A program made the translations under genes and the position numbers. The notes below the pieces were generated by a model. The model was not told where the DNA came from, made no database searches, and worked only from the letters and a program-made list of their open reading frames with translations. Of a DNA stretch of 20,717 nucleotides, positions 1-6,509 are shown piece by piece (the stretch's first letter is position 1; every line of letters starts with the position of its first letter). This DNA is from Candidatus Eiseniibacteriota bacterium (lineage in GTDB: Bacteria > Eisenbacteria > RBG-16-71-46 > JABDJR01 > JAWXBZ01). The stretch covers positions 1 to 20,717 of the forward strand of contig JAWXBZ010000097.1 of NCBI GenBank assembly GCA_034440375.1. The letters run 5' to 3'.

Positions 1-16
1 ACTGAGCTACGGGGGC
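1..16 (-). tRNA. 5' end of a tRNA gene truncated by the window edge (isotype not visible; 5' sequence resembles tRNA-Arg genes)
   Basis: Reverse complement of 1-16 is GCCCCCG-TA-GCTC-AGT: 7-nt acceptor strand, U8-A9, D-stem GCTC, A14-G15. A sigma-70-like promoter with a GC-rich discriminator lies directly upstream. Confidence 0.75.
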
Positions 17-27
17 ACAGGGCGGCG

Positions 28-56
28 ATTGTAGCCCGGACTGACGGGTGAACCAA
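28..56 (-). promoter_or_regulatory. Sigma-70-type promoter for the edge tRNA
   Basis: Minus strand TTGGTT (56-51), 17-nt spacer, TACAAT (33-28), followed by GC-rich CGCCGCCC typical of stable-RNA promoters. Confidence 0.65.
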
Positions 57-57
57 C

Positions 58-906
58 CTACTTCCCCGCCTCCACCCACTCCTTCCGCGTCGTCACCAGC
101 CCGTCGATGTATTCCTCCGGGGCCTTGCCTTCGGCCAGTGCCATCGCCGAATCCAGCAGTGGTAGGGCTTCGGGGGTGCGGCCGGCGCGGTGCAGGAGGC
201 GGGCTTTCAACTCGCAGTTCCAGAAGCTCTCTTTGAGGGCCATGGACTGGTCGATCCAGGTGAGAGATTCGTCGGTGCGTTCGTTGGTGTCGAGGCTGAA
301 GCGGGCGGCCTGGTGGTAGGCCTCCCAGCGGTCGGGGCTTTCGACGGTGATGGCGGAGTCGAGTTGGGCCCAGACGAGTTGATTGACGTTGGCGGTGATG
401 TCGAAGCTCCAGCGGGTGCGATCCCAGGCGAAGGTGGCGCGGAGCGTGGTGGGTGTGATGGGGTCGAGGTCGAAGCGCATCCACTCGGTCTGGTCACCGC
501 GACTGGTGGGGGCTTCGACCCGGAAAATATCGTTCTCGGGCTTGTAGAAGTAGGCGCCCCATTGCTGCCAGTCCTTGTTCACGATCAGGGTCCAGTTCTT
601 TTCGCTCGGGATGGCGAAGAGGGCGTAGGTTCCGGCGGGGAGTTCGTGGCCGGCCATCGTGACGGGCGTCGAGAATCGGATCGTGGTGGCATCGTTGGCG
701 CCGAGGCGCCAGACCTGGCCGTACGGGACGAGGCTGCCGAAAATCTTTCGTTTCTTGACGCCGGGGCTGTGGTAGTCGATCCGCACGTCCGTCGTGCCGA
801 CGCTCCGGGAGATCGAGGCGGCCGAGCTGGCCTGGGGGAGTTTCACGTCGGCCCGGGCCGGGGTGGAAAGAACGGCCAGGATCATCAGGCTTTGAACGAG
901 TTTCAT
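58..906 (-). CDS. DUF2911 domain-containing exported protein with C-terminal TPR-like helices
   Basis: Signal-peptide-like N-terminus MKLVQSLMILAVLSTPARA; motifs PQAS, IDYHSPGVKKRKIFGSLVPYGQVWRLGAN, LPAGTYALFAIP and WTLIVNKDWQQWG match the DUF2911 pattern. ATG at 906 has GGAG 6 nt upstream; the ORF track starts at 918. Confidence 0.85.
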   Translation of the reverse strand: MKLVQSLMILAVLSTPARADVKLPQASSAASISRSVGTTDVRIDYHSPGVKKRKIFGSLVPYGQVWRLGANDATTIRFSTPVTMAGHELPAGTYALFAIPSEKNWTLIVNKDWQQWGAYFYKPENDIFRVEAPTSRGDQTEWMRFDLDPITPTTLRATFAWDRTRWSFDITANVNQLVWAQLDSAITVESPDRWEAYHQAARFSLDTNERTDESLTWIDQSMALKESFWNCELKARLLHRAGRTPEALPLLDSAMALAEGKAPEEYIDGLVTTRKEWVEAGK

Positions 907-978
907 AGGCATCTCCATGGTCCTGAGTGGACGGGAATGGGGTGATCTTACCCGAGTGGCACGTACGGCAGTGAGGGG

Positions 979-1007
979 TGGACTTGGCTACCCCACTTTC
1001 TGATAAT
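979..1007 (+). promoter_or_regulatory. Putative sigma-70 promoter for the uORF/methyltransferase
   Basis: TGGACT (979-984), 17-nt spacer, GATAAT (1002-1007) in the divergent intergenic region. Confidence 0.45.
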
Positions 1008-1013
1008 GGGTTC

Positions 1014-1046
1014 ATGAAGTTGCCACTTTCCACTCCCGCCCCGTAA
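1014..1046 (+). CDS. Candidate 10-aa leader peptide MKLPLSTPAP
   Basis: ATG 6 nt after the putative -10 box; TAA ends 2 nt before the methyltransferase GTG. Confidence 0.3.
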   Translation: MKLPLSTPAP

Positions 1047-1048
1047 CG

Positions 1049-1852
1049 GTGGTCAAGCTGACCCGCGAGACGGCACCTCCCCCATTTGATCTGTACGACC
1101 ACCCCGACTGGTACGACATTCTATTTACGCGCGGCAGCGCAGCTGCCGTGCACGGCCTTGTTCGCGTGGCCCAGGACTGGACGGCGCCGGCGCGGCGACC
1201 CTCCTGGCTCGAGCCGGCGTGCGGCACCGGCCGGCTTCTCCTGCCGGCGGTCCGGCTCGGCATACGGGTGACCGGTTACGACCGGAATCCGGCCATGGTG
1301 GCCTACGCCCGCGAACGACTCCGCCCCTTCGGTCGTTCGGCCCGTGTTGTCATGGCCGACATGGTCGATGCCGACGACATTCTCCCCCGCGACGGGTTCG
1401 ACTTTGCTTTCACGCTTGACAACTCAATCCGGCATCTGCCCGACGATGCGGCGGTCTCCCGACATCTCGAATCGATGGCGCGCCTGGTCCGACCCGGAGG
1501 GTGCTACCTCGTTGGGTTGTCATTCCACGATCCGGCGCGCGCCGACGTCTGCGAGGACATCTGGACCGGGCGGCGCGGAAAGACTCGTGTCACCCAGATG
1601 GTGCAATTCGAACCGCCATCGGCGGGTTCACGACGACGGCATGAACGGGTCATCGAGCATGTCACGATCGAGGCGGAGCGGCGGGTCATCCACGGAAATG
1701 CCACCTGGCGCCTGCTCTTGATCGAGCATCGCCGCTGGGAGCGCCTCGTCACGGCGTCGCCGTGGGCATGGGTGGCTACACTCGACGCCACCGGATCCCC
1801 CATCGGGCCCGGAGTATTTGATTATCAGTGGGTGGTGCTCAGGCCCCGGTGA
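1049..1852 (+). CDS. Class I SAM-dependent methyltransferase
   Basis: Motif I WLEPACGTGR, VTGYDRNPAMV, ADM, FDFAF, LVRPGG. Start codon uncertain (GTG, no clear SD). Confidence 0.88.
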   Translation: MVKLTRETAPPPFDLYDHPDWYDILFTRGSAAAVHGLVRVAQDWTAPARRPSWLEPACGTGRLLLPAVRLGIRVTGYDRNPAMVAYARERLRPFGRSARVVMADMVDADDILPRDGFDFAFTLDNSIRHLPDDAAVSRHLESMARLVRPGGCYLVGLSFHDPARADVCEDIWTGRRGKTRVTQMVQFEPPSAGSRRRHERVIEHVTIEAERRVIHGNATWRLLLIEHRRWERLVTASPWAWVATLDATGSPIGPGVFDYQWVVLRPR

Positions 1853-2438
1853 CTTTCGACTTCCTGCCGGCGGTTTTTTTCTTCCTGCCGGAGGCGTCGG
1901 GCTTCGGGGCGGTGAGAGTGACTTGAGTGCGGATTCGCTCCACCTCCGGCCATGTGGCTTCGCGCCACTTCGGTTCATCGCGCCCCATGAGAAGGCCGGC
2001 GGTGGCCAGGTAAAGGGCGATATCGGCCTCGGGGAAGCGATCCTTCAACCGGGCGGACGATTTGGCCACGGCGGCGGCCGTCGGGATCGGATACTCCTCG
2101 ACCTCGATCGAGCCATCCACGTGCGGAATCTCCCACGAGTCGAGAAACGCCCCCAGCAGCTCTTTTGCCTGGCCGGTGTGATACAGCATGAGGGCTATTT
2201 CCATCGGCTCCTCAAACTGCGCGATGTGGAGCTGCATGCCAAGCAACTCCCCCTTGCGCTCCGGGGTTGCCTTCTTGATTGAATCGAGTCGGAAATTGAG
2301 GTTCCGGGCCAGCGCGGCAATCACCAGATTCTTCGTGTCCGGTTCGGCTTCACGCCAGAAGGCGGCCAGGATGCTGCGTCTCTGGCTCGTGTCGCACAGC
2401 TCTTTCAGTATGCGTCGGGCGGTCCAATCTTGATTCAT
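1839..2438 (-). CDS. Hypothetical helical protein with basic C-terminal tail
   Basis: Protein-like ORF (NFRLDSIKK, LMLYH, LLGAFLDSWEIPHVDGSIE, YLAT). ATG 2438 with GGAGG 12 nt upstream avoids overlap with the upstream gene; the ORF track starts at 2540. Confidence 0.75.
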   Translation of the reverse strand: MNQDWTARRILKELCDTSQRRSILAAFWREAEPDTKNLVIAALARNLNFRLDSIKKATPERKGELLGMQLHIAQFEEPMEIALMLYHTGQAKELLGAFLDSWEIPHVDGSIEVEEYPIPTAAAVAKSSARLKDRFPEADIALYLATAGLLMGRDEPKWREATWPEVERIRTQVTLTAPKPDASGRKKKTAGRKSKVTGA

Positions 2439-2472
2439 CGGCGTGCCGATCCTCCAGGTGTCATGGTTGTGG

Positions 2473-3423
2473 TCAGGGGGTGCGGGGCGGACGAGCGGAA
2501 AGTCCCAGACGGGAGAGCATGGCCTCTCCGCCTGGTTCATTCAATTGCCAGTACGCCAGGCGGTCGCCGCCCAGCCAGCGTCCGACTTCGCCATTGCTCC
2601 CGGTCCAGCGGATCAGCCGATGCGGTTCGGCCGCTTCCACTTCAAAGGTCCAGCTTCGTCCATCGGAGAGCTCGGCCGTTCGGGTCCGGATGGTAAAGGT
2701 GCCGCCGGGAACCCGGCTCGGCCAGTAGCCGGGCTCCTCGCTGAGGATGGCGCTCAGGAGAACCGGTTTCACGTGACCCAGTCGGGCTGCCTTGAGCGAC
2801 ATGAGCATCGAGACCGTGACCGGTTTTCCTGCCACGACCCTGGGTCCCGCGAGGCCGCGCGCCCAGAGTGGCAGAGCGTCCTCCGAGAATATTTCGGCTC
2901 CGTCAACCTGCGCTGATTCGTCGGCTTCGCCATCGAAGTAGCTGTGGCTGGTCAGGCGAACCGTCGCCGAGTCGAACAGCGCCTGGCTGTAAACATGCCC
3001 GCACCAATCCTGCGCCGAAAAGGAAACCTTGGTTGGCAGGCCAACACCGAGTCCCGCTGCCCTTGTCAGCGCCACGAAAACGGAAGTCATGAGATTGTAG
3101 TCGTAAATGCCGGTCGAAAAATCCTCGACCCGGTTCAACTTGATGACCGGAAACTCCTCGCCGGCGGGGCGGCGCCCCGGATCGGATTTGACCCGCTCCT
3201 TTTCCGCGAAGTTTTCCGTAACCATGATCAGGACCGCGGTTCCTTTGCGTGGCGCCCCGTAACGTGGCGTCACGAGTTCGTAGCCGTCGACGTCGGCCCG
3301 GCCGTCACTCCAGCGCGTCCAGAACTTCGATCCGTAATCGGGCGCGGTGACGTTGGCCGCCCGGCCGATGCCGGCCGCACCCAGGAGCACGAGTGCGGCG
3401 GCCAGCACGCGACGAATGGTCAT
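2473..3423 (-). CDS. Exported hypothetical protein, conserved uncharacterised family
   Basis: Signal peptide MTIRRVLAAALVLLGAAGIGRA; conserved-looking blocks W.DGRA..GYEL..PRYG..R.G.AVLI.VTE.F, FSTGIYDYNLMTSVF, SFSAQDWCGHVY, SHSYFDGEAD. ATGA overlap with the EEP stop. Confidence 0.8.
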   Translation of the reverse strand: MTIRRVLAAALVLLGAAGIGRAANVTAPDYGSKFWTRWSDGRADVDGYELVTPRYGAPRKGTAVLIMVTENFAEKERVKSDPGRRPAGEEFPVIKLNRVEDFSTGIYDYNLMTSVFVALTRAAGLGVGLPTKVSFSAQDWCGHVYSQALFDSATVRLTSHSYFDGEADESAQVDGAEIFSEDALPLWARGLAGPRVVAGKPVTVSMLMSLKAARLGHVKPVLLSAILSEEPGYWPSRVPGGTFTIRTRTAELSDGRSWTFEVEAAEPHRLIRWTGSNGEVGRWLGGDRLAYWQLNEPGGEAMLSRLGLSARPPRTP

Positions 3424-4550
3424 GCCGGCCCCACCCGGACCCAGATCGGTTCGTGATCGGAGGCCGGCCCCTCCCCCGCGACGACGGAATCGATCGTGGC
3501 CGCTTCCAGAGGTGTCAAACTCTTCCCGAAAATCCAGTCGAGGCGCAGCGGCAGCCGGCGGCCATCCAACCGGAAACTCTTGAGCACCAGGCGGCCGAGA
3601 GCCGGCGGCAGCAAGTTGAGATCCTCGACATGGCCCAGTTCCTGCCAGGCGGTAGGCGCGGCGTCGTTGTATCCCTCGCGACGCCAGCCGTATCGGGCGA
3701 ACTCGGCGAAGAGTCCTTCCCTTTGCTCGGGGTGCAGCAGTTCGTGACTCAAGCGGGATGACTCCGTTCCGACGACGCGGAGGAACCCCCGGAGCGTGTC
3801 CCCGGTTCGTCCGCGTGAGAAAGTATGCGTGTTCAGGTCGCCAACCACCAGCGCCGGTGATTTTCCCCTTTCCGTGGCGAGGGATTCGTAGCTTTCAAGG
3901 AGCGCCCGAACTTGATGGCTCCGCCCGACCGGGGGCGAACGCATTTCGAGATGCGTGGCGATCACCTCGACAGGTCCGAAGCCCGCATCAATTCGAACAA
4001 CAAGGGCCCGTCGGCCCCCGAACCGCTTCTCGCTGTAGTCGAAATAGTCCCAGGCCGGCGGAAGTTCGAGGACCGTGACATTTCGAACCGGGCGGCGAGT
4101 CAGGATGGCCAGACCGTGCAGGCCGAGACGGTTCTCGCCCGGGACGATTCGTTCCGCCGGGAGCCCCTTGGTACATTCAATATAGGTCGGAAGGAAGAAC
4201 CCGGCAGCCCCCAGCTCATCGGCGACCTCGGCCGCAATGTCCCGATTGCCGGTGCGGGCCATTCCATCGTCGACCTCGTTGAGGCACCAGACATCGGCAT
4301 CCCGCAGGCGCGGTTCCTCGCGAAGGCGTTGACGAATTCGGCCGAGTTGCTTCCCCTTTTCGATGTTCCAATGCACGAGACTAAGTTCGGCCGACGGCGG
4401 AAGCCGTTGGCCGGGCGGCCCGCCAATGGGCCTCGGAGTTCGGAGCAGTTCATCGAGAGCCCCGCCATGAGCGTGGAAGAACGGGGTGTTCCGGAATTCC
4501 GCCTCGGTGCGACAGGCACCCGACGCGGCCACGAAGTCGGGATATGTCAC
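3420..4550 (-). CDS. Endonuclease/exonuclease/phosphatase (EEP) family protein
   Basis: EEP catalytic motifs WNIEKG, CLNEVD, AILTR, ATHLE, GDLNT, LDWIF, SDHEP. Confidence 0.9.
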   Translation of the reverse strand: MTYPDFVAASGACRTEAEFRNTPFFHAHGGALDELLRTPRPIGGPPGQRLPPSAELSLVHWNIEKGKQLGRIRQRLREEPRLRDADVWCLNEVDDGMARTGNRDIAAEVADELGAAGFFLPTYIECTKGLPAERIVPGENRLGLHGLAILTRRPVRNVTVLELPPAWDYFDYSEKRFGGRRALVVRIDAGFGPVEVIATHLEMRSPPVGRSHQVRALLESYESLATERGKSPALVVGDLNTHTFSRGRTGDTLRGFLRVVGTESSRLSHELLHPEQREGLFAEFARYGWRREGYNDAAPTAWQELGHVEDLNLLPPALGRLVLKSFRLDGRRLPLRLDWIFGKSLTPLEAATIDSVVAGEGPASDHEPIWVRVGPA

Positions 4551-4607
4551 GCCATCGACAAGGCATCCGCTCGCGGAAAATGGCCGGCTCAGTTGGTCAC
4601 GCCCCCG

Positions 4608-5141
4608 TCAGGGATTCTCGTCGGCGTACGAGATCAGGGAGACGCTTGGGATGCCGGCCAGCTTCTCGCGCCAGGGGAGGAATGCCAGCTCGATCAGAAA
4701 GCCGGCGCCGACGACTTCGCCGCCCAGCTGGCGGATGAGGCTGACGCTGGCCTCGGCCGTGCCGCCGGTGGCGATCAGGTCGTCGATGAGAAGGACGCGG
4801 TCTCCCGGGGACACGGCATCGACATGGACTTCAAGCACCCCCGTGCCGTACTCCAGGGCATACTCGGCCCGAATGGTTTGATGTGGCAATTTGCCGGCCT
4901 TGCGGACGGCGACGAACTTGAGGCCATTCATGTACGCCAGGGCCCCGCCGAGAATGAAGCCACGGCTTTCGACGGCCGCCACCGCCGTGGGCCGACTCGA
5001 AGCAAAGGCCGCGTCCAGGCGATCAACGGCCTCGCGGAAGGCGACCGGGTTCGCGAAGAGCGGCGTCACGTCGCGGAACATGATCCCCGGTTTCGGGAAG
5101 TCCGGGATGGATCGAATGACTGATTTCAGATCGAGTGGCAT
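4608..5141 (-). CDS. apt: Adenine phosphoribosyltransferase
   Basis: IPDFPKPGIMFRDVTP, ESRGF, VRKAGKLP, YALEYG, PRPP loop VLLIDDLIATGGT; strong SD AAGGAGGT at 5147-5154. Confidence 0.97.
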   Translation of the reverse strand: MPLDLKSVIRSIPDFPKPGIMFRDVTPLFANPVAFREAVDRLDAAFASSRPTAVAAVESRGFILGGALAYMNGLKFVAVRKAGKLPHQTIRAEYALEYGTGVLEVHVDAVSPGDRVLLIDDLIATGGTAEASVSLIRQLGGEVVGAGFLIELAFLPWREKLAGIPSVSLISYADENP

Positions 5142-5169
5142 GCGTGACCTCCTTCAGCGTCCGGGTGCG

Positions 5170-6270
5170 TCAATCGATCTGGTCGACCCTCAGCCCCTTC
5201 TCCGTCAATTCAATGTAACGTTTCATTTTCTGCAGCGCCCGCTTTTCGATCTGGCGGACCCGTTCCCGGCTGACGCCGATCTGCTCTCCGGTGGACGACA
5301 GCGTGTGGGCCTCGCCGTCGTTGAAGCCGTAGCGGATGCGCAGGACCGTTTCCTCGCGCGATGAGAGCCGAGCCATCAGCCGGAGCATGCGCTCATTTTC
5401 GAGGAGCGCATCAATCTGGCTCTCGAGGGACGGGGGTGGCCGGAGCACATCGACCTCGGAGAGCGACCCAAGCGCCTCCCACGACGTCTCATAGTCGAGA
5501 CTCTTGATGGCGTCGATCAACTGTTTCAGTCGTTGGATCCGCTTCAGCGGTTCCCCCATCGCCATCGCCACTTCCTCGAGCGTGGGCTGGCTCCGAGTCT
5601 TGTGCCGGATGCGGCTCTCGGTGGCGATGTAGCGATTCACCAGCTGAATGACATGCAGGGGAATGCGGACCGTATGGCTCTGCATGGCGATGCCACGGAT
5701 GATCGACTGCTTGATCCACCAGGAACCGTATGTCGAAAAACGGAATCCACGTTTGTAATCGAAGCGATCGACGGCGGTGATCAGGCCGATGTTCCCTTCC
5801 TCGATCAGGTCCTGGATCGGCACGCCGCGGCTGTTATACGCGCGGGCGATCTTCACGACCAACCGGAGGTTCGACAGGATCATCCGCTTGCGGGCGCTCT
5901 GGCGGATATGCGGCGTCGAACCTTCCTGGATGCTCTTGCCGACCGAAATCTCCTCTTCCGCCTTCAAGAGCGGATAGCGGCTGATGTCGGCCAGGTAGAG
6001 CTTGAGGCTGTCCAGATCGGGAGCCGGCTTGTCGATGTCGGTGGTGGCTTCGGGAAAGTCGTGGATCTCGATCTCGAGTTCCCGGGCGATATCGAGGAAG
6101 AGTTCGAACTCCGTCTCGTCAAAGTCGGGAGCCCCCAGCAGGCGGTCGATTGTTTTCTGGGTGATCCGGCGGGAGGACTTTCCCCCCTCGAGGGCCTGGG
6201 CGAGAATTTCCTTGAACGGGGCGGCCGGCGGCGGCGTGCCGTCGCCCGCGGTGCCGCGCGGCTTACTCAT
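5170..6270 (-). CDS. Sigma-70 family RNA polymerase sigma factor, RpoS-like (group 2)
   Basis: Region 1.2 [17 protein letters not shown]; region 2 [35 protein letters not shown]; region 4 [11 protein letters not shown]. Synteny with surE and apt. SD AGGGAG upstream. Confidence 0.93.
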   Translation of the reverse strand: MSKPRGTAGDGTPPPAAPFKEILAQALEGGKSSRRITQKTIDRLLGAPDFDETEFELFLDIARELEIEIHDFPEATTDIDKPAPDLDSLKLYLADISRYPLLKAEEEISVGKSIQEGSTPHIRQSARKRMILSNLRLVVKIARAYNSRGVPIQDLIEEGNIGLITAVDRFDYKRGFRFSTYGSWWIKQSIIRGIAMQSHTVRIPLHVIQLVNRYIATESRIRHKTRSQPTLEEVAMAMGEPLKRIQRLKQLIDAIKSLDYETSWEALGSLSEVDVLRPPPSLESQIDALLENERMLRLMARLSSREETVLRIRYGFNDGEAHTLSSTGEQIGVSRERVRQIEKRALQKMKRYIELTEKGLRVDQID

Positions 6271-6305
6271 GCGATGGCTCCCTGGGTTCGTCCGCGGGGA
6301 AAAAT

Positions 6306-6382
6306 TGGTCGGGGCGAGAGGATTTGAACCTCCGGCCCCCTGGTCCCGAACCAGGTGCGCTACCAGGCTGCGCTACGCCCCG
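6306..6382 (-). tRNA. tRNA-Pro, anticodon CGG
   Basis: CGGGGCGTAGCGCAGCCTGGTAGCGCACCTGGTTCGGGACCAGGGGGCCGGAGGTTCAAATCCTCTCGCCCCGACCA: full 77-nt cloverleaf, anticodon arm CCTGG-TTCGGGA-CCAGG, encoded CCA. Confidence 0.97.
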
Positions 6383-6434
6383 ACCGTTGAATCGGCGGCT
6401 GATCCCAAGGACCAGCTCCCGTTCGAAGCGCCAG

Positions 6435-6463
6435 ACTATACCGGCGGGGGGATTCCCCTTCAA
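6435..6463 (-). promoter_or_regulatory. Sigma-70 promoter for tRNA-Pro(CGG)-sigma-apt
   Basis: TTGAAG (6463-6458), 17-nt spacer, TATAGT (6440-6435). Confidence 0.7.
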
Positions 6464-6483
6464 GAGCATGGGTTACCGACGAG

Positions 6484-6509
6484 CCGAGCCTCTGCCGTTC
6501 AAGGCTCGG
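6484..6509. repeat. 8-bp inverted repeat spanning the Kelch gene stop codon
   Basis: CCGAGCCT (6484-6491) / AGGCTCGG (6502-6509) with a 10-nt loop; no U-tract. Confidence 0.5.

Noticed and set aside
1860..1891. Direct repeat CTTCCTGCCGG x2 around a T7 run, possible terminator or att site
   Set aside because: Explained by the minus-strand peptide GRKKKTAGRK; no strong stem precedes the T-run.
6263..6469. Small ORFs spanning tRNA genes (6263-6469, 15155-15391)
   Set aside because: They are translations of tRNA sequence.
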